From positions 1,024 to 65,023 of the forward strand of contig DAHZHT010000007.1 of assembly GCA_027406905.1 (NCBI GenBank): DNA of 64,000 nt, read 5' to 3'. Position 1 is the stretch's first letter, and every line of letters starts with the position of its first letter. A model generated the notes under the pieces. The model had not been told where the DNA came from, made no database searches, and saw only the letters and a list, made by a program, of their open reading frames with translations. Shown in pieces: positions 14,984 through 24,864 of the stretch. The translations under genes were made by a program, and so were the position numbers. Origin of the DNA: Elusimicrobiota bacterium (GTDB lineage: Bacteria > Elusimicrobiota > Elusimicrobia > UBA1565 > UBA9628).

Positions 14984-16282
14984 ATGATTCTCCCCGCGTT
15001 TAAAAGAGACAAATGGAAAGAACTCTATCGCGGGCTTGCCGGACGGCTCAATTGGGGAAACAATACCCGGCTGTTTCTCGCGGGGCTACTGACCTTAACC
15101 CCGTTTATGGCCCTATCCCGCCTCGTCGCGATGTCAACCCATATCCTGGCCGGAAGATGGATGGGGCCCGACCAATACGGTTTAGTGGGGCTGACTATCG
15201 CCGCGAGCAAGATTTGGCTTCTCTTTATCTCTTTGGGTTTTTTAACCGTCGCTTATCGCATCGCGGCTCTTGCGCCAGAAAAGCGCCCCGCCGCCATCTC
15301 GACCATCGTCTTAAGCCTGGTCTTCTGGGTCGGAATTTCTCTATCGGTTCTTCTCGCGTTTCACGCCCCTTTGGCCCGAATCTTTAAAGTCTCTCCCGCG
15401 GTTTATTTCTGGAGCGTTCTTTACGCCGCCTCTCAAATCTCATATGGCGTGGCCGGAAACATACTCTTGGGACTTCAGAAATTCAAGGCCCGCGGGATTA
15501 TCGAACTTTGCTACGCGTTACTGGTTTTATCGGCCCTGGGCGCCTCGTTTTACCTTAAGCCCCCTCTTGAATTTACCGCGCTTTTGCGCGCGATGACCCT
15601 TGGCTGCGCGCTCGGATTCTTTTTGTGTCTTTATACGCTCAGGGAATTTCTGAAACCGGTTTTCTATTTTCCCACTTTTAGAGACGTCTTGGCCTATACC
15701 GGGCCCTATCTGATGAGCTGGGGTTCAGTGGTCGGAGCGGAATCTTTGGTTTCGCTGATGGTCTCATGGAACCTAACCCCGCGGGATCTGGGATATTTCA
15801 GCGCTTATCAAACCGCGGTTTTTAGGCCGGTGTTGGTGGCCGCGACCATCGTCGGAGCGGTTTTGGGGCCTATTTCAAGCGCCCCGGAAAGGCAAGAAGG
15901 GGCTTGGAGAAAATTTTTCAGGCACGGCCTCGCCATTTTTCTTCTGGCCTTTCCGCTTTTTTTCCTGGCCGGAAGCGCGATGGTTAAACTCATGGGGCAA
16001 AAATACCCGTTGAATCTTTTCTGGATGGCCTTTTTCGCTGCCGCGGGCGCTTTTCTTTTTATCTCGGCTTTTCCGGCGACCATTCTTAACTCCCGCGATT
16101 CAAAAAGCGCGTGGAAGGCGAGTTTTTCCGCGGTCTTTGGCTCTCTTCTCTGCGCCGCCGTCGGGTTTTGGGCCATTCCGAAATGGGGGATTATCGGCGC
16201 CGCTTTATCTTTAACCTTTCTCTATGCCGGGTCGTTTGCCTGGAACTGCGCCTGCGGATACTTGCAACTGGAGGATAATTAA
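14984..16282 (+). CDS. Wzx-like oligosaccharide flippase (MOP/polysaccharide biosynthesis protein family)
   Basis: About 430 aa with 12-14 hydrophobic helices throughout, in a glycan-locus context. The start is taken at ATG 14984, 6 nt after a TATAAT box. The track ORF starts at 14924, inside the repeat. Confidence 0.55.
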   Translation: MILPAFKRDKWKELYRGLAGRLNWGNNTRLFLAGLLTLTPFMALSRLVAMSTHILAGRWMGPDQYGLVGLTIAASKIWLLFISLGFLTVAYRIAALAPEKRPAAISTIVLSLVFWVGISLSVLLAFHAPLARIFKVSPAVYFWSVLYAASQISYGVAGNILLGLQKFKARGIIELCYALLVLSALGASFYLKPPLEFTALLRAMTLGCALGFFLCLYTLREFLKPVFYFPTFRDVLAYTGPYLMSWGSVVGAESLVSLMVSWNLTPRDLGYFSAYQTAVFRPVLVAATIVGAVLGPISSAPERQEGAWRKFFRHGLAIFLLAFPLFFLAGSAMVKLMGQKYPLNLFWMAFFAAAGAFLFISAFPATILNSRDSKSAWKASFSAVFGSLLCAAVGFWAIPKWGIIGAALSLTFLYAGSFAWNCACGYLQLEDN

Positions 16283-16310
16283 TACCGGGAATATCGGTAT
16301 AATATTTTAA

Positions 16311-17348
16311 ATGAGCCAACACTCGGCCGATATTGAATTGCCCGAAGTTGACTGGAAGAGAGAAACGCCGGTCGCTTTCTTTATTTTCAAGCGGCCGGAA
16401 ACTACGGCCCGCATTTTTAAGGCCATTTCACGGGCGCGCCCCAAGAAACTTTTCATTATCGCCGACGGACCCAGAAAAGGCCGCGCAGGCGAAGAAGAGG
16501 CCTGCCGCCAAGTCCGTAGTCTTGTCGAAACAATCTCCTGGGACTGCGAAGTCCTACGCAATTACGCGGAGAGTAATATCGGAGTGGATAAACGGATCCC
16601 AAGCGGGCTAAATTGGCTTTTCAAACACGCCGAAGAGGCAATCATTCTTGAAGATGATTGCCTTCCGTCCTCCTCTTTTTTCCGCTTCGCCGAGGAAATG
16701 CTCGAGCGCTACCGCGATGATCAGAAAATTTTCAATGTCTGCGGAGCGAGTTGGATCCCTTTTCCCTCCAAGGAAAGCTACTTTTTTTCAACATCCTTCA
16801 CCGTTTGGGGATGGGCGACCTGGAGAAGAGCCTGGAAATATTTTCCGGGCATAGATCCGGAGCCCGTTCGCCGCGCCTTGCCGTTTGAGGAGACAGCGTC
16901 CGCTATTAATGCGGTTGTCTCCACGCCCAGGGTCCGCAAACATCTTCTCCGAATATTGCGCCTCTTTTCACAAGGCAAAGCGGTGAGCATCAGCTGGGAT
17001 TATATTTGGGGCCTTACTTGTTTGAAAAATCAAGGCCTTTCTATCAAACCCCGATGCAATCTAATCTCCAATATCGGTTTCACTCCCGGGGCCACCAACG
17101 ATTTTGACCCATCAGATCCAGCGAATAACTTTCCGCTAGATTCTCTGCCTTTCCCATTGATCCATCCCCCCACCGTTCTCGTTGATAAAACCCAGGATCT
17201 GTCTCTGGAATTGAGTTATCCATCGACGCGAGTCCTTGACTGGAAGTTGCAGGCGAAAATCCTCATCCCCACGGGAATATACTTAAAGATGAGAGACATT
17301 ATTAGGTTCATGAGACGGATTAGGGCTCATTTCATCCGCTCAATTTAG
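16311..17348 (+). CDS. GT-A-fold glycosyltransferase (HlpA-like / GNT-I-like family)
   Basis: 345 aa: VAFFIFKRPETTARIFKAISRARPKKLFIIADGPR...EEAIILEDDCLPSSSFF, where EDD is the DxD-type motif. Confidence 0.55.
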   Translation: MSQHSADIELPEVDWKRETPVAFFIFKRPETTARIFKAISRARPKKLFIIADGPRKGRAGEEEACRQVRSLVETISWDCEVLRNYAESNIGVDKRIPSGLNWLFKHAEEAIILEDDCLPSSSFFRFAEEMLERYRDDQKIFNVCGASWIPFPSKESYFFSTSFTVWGWATWRRAWKYFPGIDPEPVRRALPFEETASAINAVVSTPRVRKHLLRILRLFSQGKAVSISWDYIWGLTCLKNQGLSIKPRCNLISNIGFTPGATNDFDPSDPANNFPLDSLPFPLIHPPTVLVDKTQDLSLELSYPSTRVLDWKLQAKILIPTGIYLKMRDIIRFMRRIRAHFIRSI

Positions 17349-18472
17349 GCGCATGGTCCCCCTTGCCCGAGAAAAGCCGCCCATTGACTTTGGACAAAAT
17401 CGCTCAATTCCCTCTTGAATCTCTCAACCGAAAACTCTTCCGCTCGCGCTCTTAAAATTTTGAAATCAAAACTTTTTTCTTTTTCCAAAAACAGCGTGAC
17501 CGCCGCCTTTAAGCTCTCAACGGTTTGGTCTATAAAATAAACCCCATGGACGCCGTCTTTGACCGTCTCCAAGAGCCCGCCCGCGCCAAAGCCGATCACC
17601 GGCGTTCCACAGGCCAGCGCCTCGACAGGGGCTATTCCAAAATCTTCGAGCGCCGCGAAAACAAACGCGCGCGCTCCTGATAGAAGCCGCGCAACATCCC
17701 CGTCATTTCTGCGGCCCAGAAACTCGACAGAAGGCCCGGCCTGGGCCAGAATTCGTTTTTTCTCGGGGCCATCTCCAATGACCTTTAAAGGCAAACCCAT
17801 TTCTGAAAAGGCGCGAACGATGAGGTCTACGCGCTTATAGGGAACAAAACGCGACACCGTGATGAAATAATTCTCTTTTTCGGGCGACGGGCGAAAGCGC
17901 GTCAAATCAACCGCGGGGTAAATCACGCGCGACTCCCGTCCGTAGGAATTCTTGATGCGCTCGGCGATGTAATTGGAAATTCCCGCGAAGGCATCCACCT
18001 TTTTTGAGTTCTCTAAATCCCAACGCTTTAAATAGTCGAGGATGGGGTTGGCGATTAAGCGTTTTATGGGATCTAAAGACTCCATATATTGCTCTCTCAA
18101 ATCCCAGGCATAGCGCATGGGGGTAAAACAATAGCAAAGATGCAATTGTCCCGGCTTAACGGGCGCGCCCTTGGCCGCCGCATGGCTGATCGAAAGAATG
18201 AGATCGTGTCCGGATAAATCAACACCCCGCATGGCCCATGGATAAAAGGCCAGGTATTGGCGATAATAACGAATAGACCAAGGAAAGATCCGCAGGCGAG
18301 AAGAAACGACCCGCGCTTTTTCCAAAGGCGTCCCTTTGACGATTTCAGGATTAAAAACCAAGGCGTAAACCGTCGCTTGGGGGTAAAGTTCAAGGACATG
18401 AGATAAAACTCTCTCCCCGCCCCCCAAGGAAGTCAGCCAATCATAGACAATCGCGATTTTGGGAGATTTCAT
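17345..18472 (-). CDS. Glycosyltransferase family 4 (GT-B, Glycos_transf_1)
   Basis: 375 aa with N-terminus KIAIVYDWLTSLGGGERVL and C-terminal half ...FAALEDFGIAPVEALACGTPVIG (E-x7-E region). Confidence 0.8.
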   Translation of the reverse strand: MKSPKIAIVYDWLTSLGGGERVLSHVLELYPQATVYALVFNPEIVKGTPLEKARVVSSRLRIFPWSIRYYRQYLAFYPWAMRGVDLSGHDLILSISHAAAKGAPVKPGQLHLCYCFTPMRYAWDLREQYMESLDPIKRLIANPILDYLKRWDLENSKKVDAFAGISNYIAERIKNSYGRESRVIYPAVDLTRFRPSPEKENYFITVSRFVPYKRVDLIVRAFSEMGLPLKVIGDGPEKKRILAQAGPSVEFLGRRNDGDVARLLSGARAFVFAALEDFGIAPVEALACGTPVIGFGAGGLLETVKDGVHGVYFIDQTVESLKAAVTLFLEKEKSFDFKILRARAEEFSVERFKRELSDFVQSQWAAFLGQGGPCA

Positions 18473-18505
18473 TTTATTCTACGCCCGCGCTCTCGATAAG
18501 GTTTT

Positions 18506-19591
18506 TCACGACGCGATTTCCTTGAAAATTTCAAATGTCTCCTTTGCGCATTTTTCCCAAGTCCATTTCCGGGCCCGCGACAAGCCCTTTTCTCTCATCT
18601 CCTTTCTCAATTGGGGGTCTTCCAGAACGCGGCGCACTTTTTCAAAAATATCCTGATCCTTGGAAGGATCAAAATAAAGAGCCGCATCGCCCAATACTTC
18701 CGGAATGGCCGCCACATTTGAAGCGACGACAGGGCATCCGCAGGCCATGGCTTCCAAGGGCGGCAAGCCAAAACCTTCATAGAAAGAAGGGAAAACAAAG
18801 CACGCCGCAGACTCATAAAGGGCGCGCAACTGAGGCGTGCTTGGAGAACCGATATGGCGAACCGATGAAAGGTCTCCCCAGTTGGATTTTCCGAAAACCC
18901 GCATATTGACTCCTCCAACGGCGATAACCTCGGCGGATTGCCCGGATTTTTTAAGCAAGGCCGCAAGGCGACTCACGGCGGAAAAATTTTTGTAGCGGTT
19001 GAGCGTGCTGACAGACAAAACAAACGGCCGCCCCAGAAGGCCGTGGGCCTCCAAAATACTTGAGTCCGCGGGTTCGGCCAGAATATGTTCCGAACCCAGA
19101 TAGACGACCGAAACATTGTCGTCTTTGGCGCCGCAAAGGCGAATCAATTCTTGTTTTGAAAAAAATGAATCCGTGATAATCCGCCGGGCAAATCTCGCCG
19201 CGAATTTTTGGTTGACCCGCCTTGCATTGCGAAACGCGAACGGAAAATGAGAAGGAAAAGCGAATACCACCGCGTCGTGAAGAGTGATCGCTTGATTTTG
19301 ATGAAAGTACGGCATCGCCCCGCAAGGATTAAACAAAAGAGACCCCCTGGCATAAAAAGGCAGTTCCAACTCCTCCCATAAATGACCTTTTAAACGCCCC
19401 ACCAAGCGTAGCGGTATTGCGGATAAACTTAGGCGGCGCGCGATGTTTCGTGGAGCCAGAATTTCAAACGATAAAGAGTCGGTCTTGTCTTTTTCGAGCA
19501 AAAGATTCAGGGCCTTGAGAAGTTCTTCCGCATAGCGCTGAACGCCGGTCAACCTCTGGGAGAGAAAGCGGCCGTTAATATAGATTTTCAC
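18506..19591 (-). CDS. Glycosyltransferase family 4 (GT-B)
   Basis: Core reads VKIYINGRFLSQRLTGVQRY...FVFPSFYEGFGLPPLEAMACGCPVVAS. The start is taken at the GTG that overlaps the upstream stop (GTGA). The track ORF extends to 19729, inside the upstream gene. Confidence 0.8.
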   Translation of the reverse strand: MKIYINGRFLSQRLTGVQRYAEELLKALNLLLEKDKTDSLSFEILAPRNIARRLSLSAIPLRLVGRLKGHLWEELELPFYARGSLLFNPCGAMPYFHQNQAITLHDAVVFAFPSHFPFAFRNARRVNQKFAARFARRIITDSFFSKQELIRLCGAKDDNVSVVYLGSEHILAEPADSSILEAHGLLGRPFVLSVSTLNRYKNFSAVSRLAALLKKSGQSAEVIAVGGVNMRVFGKSNWGDLSSVRHIGSPSTPQLRALYESAACFVFPSFYEGFGLPPLEAMACGCPVVASNVAAIPEVLGDAALYFDPSKDQDIFEKVRRVLEDPQLRKEMREKGLSRARKWTWEKCAKETFEIFKEIAS

Positions 19592-21600
19592 CTTCCGGAA
19601 GGGACCCCAGGAGGATTTTCCACGCCCAAGAGAACGCCAAAAAGCGCCCTCGCCCTGACAAACTCCCCCCTTATTAACCGATCTAATATCGCGGCCATTA
19701 CCCCTAAACAAACTGTCGGCAAGGCCCAAGGAAAAAATTTTTTCGTAAATATAATTCTGTTTCTTATTTGATAATAATCGGCAAAAAGAGATCTTTTTCT
19801 TGGAAAACGCGCGCCGGCAGCGGTTGTTTTCCCTTCTTTATGGAAAATAAGGCTTTTAGGGGCATATGCCAAACAATAGCGCCCTCGCGCGCGCATCGCC
19901 CAGTCAAACTCTTCATAGTAGATAAAATAATTTTCATCCATGAGCCCGATTTCTTCAATAAATTTCCGCGACACAAGAGCCGAAGCTCCATAGATGCCGG
20001 AAAATAGTTTTTCCAATGTCTCCGGCGCGAACATCTCTTTTTTTTCTCCGAATCCAATCTGCGCTCCGGTTCCGAAAAGGGGATTAAAGCGCAACCCTCC
20101 GCGAGCCTGAATAAGCGTGGGAGAATCATAATAGACGACCGTAGAGCCGCAAATTCCGGCCCGCGGTTTTTCCCGCATTCGCTCAAGCAGGTAGGTCAAA
20201 GAGAGAGGCTCGACAACCGTATCATTATTGAGAAGCCAGCCGTAGCCGAACTCCGGCCTATTAAGCAGATAGCGAAGCCCCACATTGCAGCTGGCGGCAT
20301 AACCCCTATTCTTTAAAATCCTGACCAAAACAATGTCGGCTTGAGAAAAATTCTCCTCGCCGCCTTTGACCGCTTCGGCCTCGTCACAACAGATAAAAGA
20401 AACGCCGCTGTCTTGTGCCCATTGAATTAGACGCGGCCAGGAATCATTGGGAGATCCGCTATCACAGACGATTATCTGGCGAGAGGAGTGGCGGATTTTT
20501 CTTAAGCTCTCCAAACATTCAACGGTGTCTTGCCAATGACAATAGTTGGGGACAATGATTCCGACCTTTTCATCGGAGATTTGTTTCAGAGGCTTATTAA
20601 ATTCCTCCACCGCCTTGGCGATTTCATCCTTTGAAAAATTAAAAGCCTCATCACGTTCTCTCTCGGATATGGACTCGCCTTCGTAGGGTTGAAACGGCAA
20701 ATAACGGCAAAGGAAATGGTGATAAGGATGATTAGACACAACCCGAGAATCGGGAATGGTCGCGCCCCAAAAAGAAACGACAGGACAGCGCGACGTCAAG
20801 GCCAAATAGAGAAGCCCTCCATCAATGGAAAAAACCATGCGACTCAACGAAAAAAGCCCGACCAATTCCCCAAAATCCCGGCGCCCGCTCCAATCAACGA
20901 CCCAATCTTTCTTATCAAGGCCGAAATTCTTTGGCATAGAATCGCCGACAACAACTAGCTTTATTTCTTGTTCAAAACAATATTCCGCGATTCGATTGAT
21001 AAGAAATTCTGGCATATTCCTTTCCATGCTGCCCGTCGCGGGATAGAGAACCCCATATTTCCCGGGCTCAAGGCCCCGCTCTGAAAGAAGAGGCCTAATT
21101 TTTTCCCGAGCGCGGCTTAATATCGTCTCATCCAAAAAAATCGAATCGGAATTAAAATTAAGTCCAAACTGATACTCAAGACTGCGGATGTAAGAGAGAG
21201 GCCGATTGGTGATGCGCGGGGTTTTGGGGCTTAAGGTTTCAACATCAATGGTGTTCATGTAAATTATTTTTTTGACGCCTTGAAAAAACCGCAGAAACGG
21301 CGACAAGAGGGGCAAGAGAAATCGCGACAAGCCCAAAGGGTTGAGCCCATAGCCAAAATAACCGACGAGTAAAAAGATATCTAGATCCCGAATCTCCCGA
21401 CGCCAGCTTAAAGGAGAATGGCTTTGGTAAATCTTGATTCCCGCAATCGCCTTTTCCCTGGCCAAGAAATCATAAAGAGAGCGCGTAGACTCATTGCCCA
21501 CGCCGTAAACCTCATGGCCCGCATCCCGAAGGCCATACAAAAGCGGCAACGCCATCAAGATGTCTCCCAAGCCCGAGCCGTTGTGGATGCCAATTTTCAT
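19588..21600 (-). CDS. Bifunctional glycosyltransferase: GT9-like N-terminal domain + GT2 C-terminal domain
   Basis: 670 aa. N-terminus: MKIGIHNGSGLGDILMALPLLYGLRDAGHEV...IDGGLLYLA (GT9-like). C-terminus: VGIIVPNYCHWQDTVECLESL...IIVCDSGSPNDS...WLLNNDT (GT2). Confidence 0.7.
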   Translation of the reverse strand: MKIGIHNGSGLGDILMALPLLYGLRDAGHEVYGVGNESTRSLYDFLAREKAIAGIKIYQSHSPLSWRREIRDLDIFLLVGYFGYGLNPLGLSRFLLPLLSPFLRFFQGVKKIIYMNTIDVETLSPKTPRITNRPLSYIRSLEYQFGLNFNSDSIFLDETILSRAREKIRPLLSERGLEPGKYGVLYPATGSMERNMPEFLINRIAEYCFEQEIKLVVVGDSMPKNFGLDKKDWVVDWSGRRDFGELVGLFSLSRMVFSIDGGLLYLALTSRCPVVSFWGATIPDSRVVSNHPYHHFLCRYLPFQPYEGESISERERDEAFNFSKDEIAKAVEEFNKPLKQISDEKVGIIVPNYCHWQDTVECLESLRKIRHSSRQIIVCDSGSPNDSWPRLIQWAQDSGVSFICCDEAEAVKGGEENFSQADIVLVRILKNRGYAASCNVGLRYLLNRPEFGYGWLLNNDTVVEPLSLTYLLERMREKPRAGICGSTVVYYDSPTLIQARGGLRFNPLFGTGAQIGFGEKKEMFAPETLEKLFSGIYGASALVSRKFIEEIGLMDENYFIYYEEFDWAMRARGRYCLAYAPKSLIFHKEGKTTAAGARFPRKRSLFADYYQIRNRIIFTKKFFPWALPTVCLGVMAAILDRLIRGEFVRARALFGVLLGVENPPGVPSGR

Positions 21601-22751
21601 TTTGAATCAAAAAGTTCGCGAAGCCCGCTTTGCCAAGGCCTAATGTCCACCCCCTGGACCACCCTCGCGACGTCGCCCTCGTAAAAAAGCCAACAACGAT
21701 GCGGACGGCCGTAATAATTTTTAAAGCTCTCAAAGCCCTTCAATTCCTCGGCCCTGACGTTTTTGGAAGCCTTGATTTCAATGGCATGCGTTTCTCGCCC
21801 TATTTCGACGATTAAATCCACCTCGGCCCCGTGTTCGGTTCGGTATCCGCTTAACCGAATCTCCAAATCACGCGCGGCGGCTTCATGAAGGATTTGAGTA
21901 ACGACCAGATGTTCAAAGAGAAATCCCCGGCGATCCGCAGACACCGTGAAATTGCCCAGAAGCCCGTTGAGAACCCCGGGGTCAAAGAAATAAAACCGCG
22001 GATGTTGAATGAGACGCCTAACCGAGCTTTGGGCGAACGGCTCTATTTTTCGCGCCAGAAGAGAGTCCTCCAATATTTCAAAAAACCGCACCACCGATTG
22101 CCGCGGCGTTTGGGCGGCGGAGGCTATTTTCGAGAGATCCAAGAACTTCCCGGAGCTTTCCGCAGCGTGGCGCAGGAAACGCGCAAACCCCTCCAGATTT
22201 CTCGCGAGGCCCTCGGCCTGGACTTCTTCCTTGACATAGGCGGCCGCGTAGGATCTTAAGGTTTTTTCTTTTTCCAGCGCGCTTGATTCCGTCCATATCC
22301 CGGGCAAGGTTCCATGACTCATGGCCTCCTCGCCGCTGAAATCATACCCCAGCTCCTTGGCGCAAAGAGGCCCCATCGTAAAAGAATGAATTCTCCCCGG
22401 GAGAAGATTGGCTCGTCCGCGCTTAAGTTTTCTAGCGTTGGATCCGGTCAGATAAAACCGAAAGCGCCCGGGGAATTTATCGAGGAGAAATTGGATCGTG
22501 TTGAGAAGGCTCGGCAGTCGTTGGATTTCATCAATGAAAATCCGCGCCGGAAAACTCGCGGCTTTTAGGCGTTCTTCAAGTTCGCGGGGATTGCCTAGAA
22601 AATCAAGATAGGTCGGCTCATGCGCCAAATCAATCTCAATGTCAGGGCGCAGGCTTTTTATCAGAGTCGATTTTCCCGTCTGCCGCGGACCGAGAAGAAG
22701 CACGCTCTTTTTTCCGGAGGCCAAGACACGGCCCAGTTCTCTTGCTATCAT
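21597..22751 (-). CDS. COG1373-type AAA ATPase (AAA_14 + DUF4143 layout), copy 1
   Basis: 384 aa with Walker A GPRQTGKST and Walker B IFIDEIQ. The C-terminal part reads ...FEHLVVTQI...YRTEHGAEVDLIVE...AIEIK (nuclease-fold-like D/E-x-K region). There is a 4-nt overlap with the downstream GT gene. Confidence 0.75.
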   Translation of the reverse strand: MIARELGRVLASGKKSVLLLGPRQTGKSTLIKSLRPDIEIDLAHEPTYLDFLGNPRELEERLKAASFPARIFIDEIQRLPSLLNTIQFLLDKFPGRFRFYLTGSNARKLKRGRANLLPGRIHSFTMGPLCAKELGYDFSGEEAMSHGTLPGIWTESSALEKEKTLRSYAAAYVKEEVQAEGLARNLEGFARFLRHAAESSGKFLDLSKIASAAQTPRQSVVRFFEILEDSLLARKIEPFAQSSVRRLIQHPRFYFFDPGVLNGLLGNFTVSADRRGFLFEHLVVTQILHEAAARDLEIRLSGYRTEHGAEVDLIVEIGRETHAIEIKASKNVRAEELKGFESFKNYYGRPHRCWLFYEGDVARVVQGVDIRPWQSGLRELFDSK

Positions 22752-22757
22752 GCGGTT

Positions 22758-22787
22758 ATTTTACGCTGTATTTTAACCTCGTGTCAA
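22758..22787 (-). promoter_or_regulatory. Sigma70-like promoter abutting the start of ATPase copy 1: TTGACA-N18-TAAAAT-N6-ATG
   Basis: Read on the minus strand: TTGACA (22787-22782), an 18-nt spacer, TAAAAT (22763-22758), then 6 nt to ATG 22751. There is no Shine-Dalgarno sequence between them. Confidence 0.5.
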
Positions 22788-22817
22788 CCCGCCCCCGGTT
22801 CCATGCTGTCGGGCCCT

Positions 22818-23843
22818 CTAGGCCAACCCCTGATTCCTAAGCAGGCGCTTTTTCCAGGTTCGGCGATAGAGCCAGCGAAAAGATTTGTAGACCGAAGACG
22901 GCATTAGAAAAAGGGGAAAGGTTTTAAACCAAAAAGCGGGATAACGCCAGTAATTTTTTACGCACAAAGTGAAGGCTTTGAAGAAAAACCCCGCGCTCAC
23001 ATTTTCCGAACGCGCGGTCATTAAATAGAAGCGCACATGATGCGAACCAACGAAGGACATGGTATCATGATAGACCCGGCCACGGCCAAACACCCCTAAC
23101 GCGGTATCCTTGTATCCCACGACATCAATTTCGAGGCGGCGATAACGACCCAGTTCTGAAAGAAAACTATCATTCCCGCTTCTCCAACCCACGAGCGGCG
23201 TTGCCCAATACATCCAACGCGGGTTTTTGCGCAACATTTGACCAATAACATAGATATGGACATACGCATTTAAATAATTTTGAACCGGAAATTCCGCAAC
23301 CACGCCATCCCACAAATTCTTATCTATAATTTGCGCGGAAATATAGCCAAAATAAAGAACTAAAGCGCGAAAAGCGGTTTCTGAATCTTGATACAAGCGG
23401 CTTTGATTAGGTATAGAACGGTCTAATATCCGATGACTTAAATCAAGGCAATAAGTGTTCCGCTTTACGCTGATGCCGGAAAGATTTTTTTCTCTTTCGA
23501 GAATTCCTAAAACCTGAGAAATTCCACCGGGCTCGATGATGTCATCGCTGCCCAAAAACCAGCAATAGCGGCCATGGGCTAAGGAAATCACCTTTAAATA
23601 ATTCCGGTCGGCGCCAATATTCGTTTCATTGCGGGAGTAAACGATTGGAAGGGGGCTTCTTTTCGCGATTTGAGACACGATTAGCTGCGTGTCATCTGTC
23701 GAGGCATTGTCGCTGACGCAGATTTCAACTTTCCCTTGCCACTTCTCTTCATACTGCGATGTCAAGCTCTCTAACGTCGTTGGGAGATAGCGGGCCCGGT
23801 TATAAGCGGGGATACAAATGGAAAGTTCCGGTGTTTCAGTCAT
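22818..23843 (-). CDS. Glycosyltransferase family 2
   Basis: Reads LSICIPAYNRARYLPTTLESLTSQ...VCVSDNASTDDT...WFLGSDD. The start is taken at ATG 23843, which overlaps the upstream stop (ATGACTGA). The track start is 23867. Confidence 0.8.
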   Translation of the reverse strand: MTETPELSICIPAYNRARYLPTTLESLTSQYEEKWQGKVEICVSDNASTDDTQLIVSQIAKRSPLPIVYSRNETNIGADRNYLKVISLAHGRYCWFLGSDDIIEPGGISQVLGILEREKNLSGISVKRNTYCLDLSHRILDRSIPNQSRLYQDSETAFRALVLYFGYISAQIIDKNLWDGVVAEFPVQNYLNAYVHIYVIGQMLRKNPRWMYWATPLVGWRSGNDSFLSELGRYRRLEIDVVGYKDTALGVFGRGRVYHDTMSFVGSHHVRFYLMTARSENVSAGFFFKAFTLCVKNYWRYPAFWFKTFPLFLMPSSVYKSFRWLYRRTWKKRLLRNQGLA

Positions 23844-24864
23844 GGGATATCTCGCGAACCCAGTCAATCATGCGCCTTATGCCGGATCTTTTGTCCACCC
23901 GAGGCGACCATCCCGTCAAACGATTAATTTTAGAAATGTCTGCCACAAAAACCTTTTGGTCGCTCTCCCGAGGCGGCAATTTTTCGTAGGGCAACTTAAT
24001 TTTTAATTCTTCTTCCAAAAGCGAAAAGAGTTCTATCAGGGAAAGAGAATTTCCCATGCCGCCGCCCACATTGAAGGCTTGGCCTTGGATAAAATCAATT
24101 TTCTCGGCGGCCGTGATATAGAGGCTCACCATGTCATCCGCGTAAAGAACGTCGCGAACCTGTTTTCCCGTCCCGGAAATGGTTATGGGCTCTCTCGAAC
24201 TTTTCGCTTGGATCTCAACCGCTTTCTGCACGAACCACCCGATCCAGCCCTGATCAAAAGTGGAAAATTGCCGCCCTCCATACATGGATGAATGGCGAAA
24301 AACGGCGGTTTTAAGCCCATAAATCCGCTGAAAATCACTCATATATTGATCCGCCGCTCCCTTAGAGCAACCATAGGGCGAATGAAAATCCAGCGGAATA
24401 TTCTCCCCAAAACCATGGGGATAATCCACCGCGACGTAGCGCGTTTCATTTTCCGCGTATTTGGCCCACTCGATATCGCCATACACTTTGTTTGTCGATG
24501 AGTAGATCACCGCGGCTTTAGGAGCGAGTTTTCTCACGGCCTCAAGAAGATTGAGCGTGCCCAAGGCGTTGACCTCAAAATCTAGCCGGGGGTTCTGTAT
24601 TGATGTCGTCATCGCGACCTGACCGGCCAAGTGAAAAACGACATCGGGAGAAGCCGCCTTAACCGCGCGCGACACATCGCCTTCATTGCGGATATCTCCA
24701 TGGATGTAGGTCAAGCGTCCCCGCGTTTTCAGCCATCCCAAATTCTTTTCCGATCCGCTCCTATACAAATTGTCAAACAAAAAAAGCTCCTCTCCCCGCT
24801 TTATAATTTCCGCCGCGATATTAGACCCTAAAAAGCCGCAGCCGCCAGTGATCAGAAATTTCAT
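23836..24864 (-). CDS. rfbE: CDP-paratose 2-epimerase-like SDR (tyvelose epimerase type)
   Basis: 342 aa: MKFLITGGCGFLGSN...HGDIRN...FHLAGQVAMTTSI...YSSTNKVYGD...FHSPYGCSKGAADQY...FRHSSMYGGRQF...DQGW.GWF...GKQVRDVL. It is near-colinear with my recollection of Salmonella Tyv/RfbE. Confidence 0.75.
   Translation of the reverse strand: MKFLITGGCGFLGSNIAAEIIKRGEELFLFDNLYRSGSEKNLGWLKTRGRLTYIHGDIRNEGDVSRAVKAASPDVVFHLAGQVAMTTSIQNPRLDFEVNALGTLNLLEAVRKLAPKAAVIYSSTNKVYGDIEWAKYAENETRYVAVDYPHGFGENIPLDFHSPYGCSKGAADQYMSDFQRIYGLKTAVFRHSSMYGGRQFSTFDQGWIGWFVQKAVEIQAKSSREPITISGTGKQVRDVLYADDMVSLYITAAEKIDFIQGQAFNVGGGMGNSLSLIELFSLLEEELKIKLPYEKLPPRESDQKVFVADISKINRLTGWSPRVDKRSGIRRMIDWVREISHD

Noticed and set aside
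19555-19595. Apparent one-base discrepancy: my reading of the G-run at ~19557-19561 and of the stop/start overlap at ~19588-19592 differs by 1 nt from the ORF-track frame
   Set aside because: The ORF track gives continuous, family-consistent proteins on both sides (GT4 ...INGRFLSQRLTG...; GT9-GT2 ending ...GVPSGR). I therefore attribute the mismatch to my manual counting, not to a frameshift. It is a reminder that hand-derived coordinates may be off by 1-2 nt.
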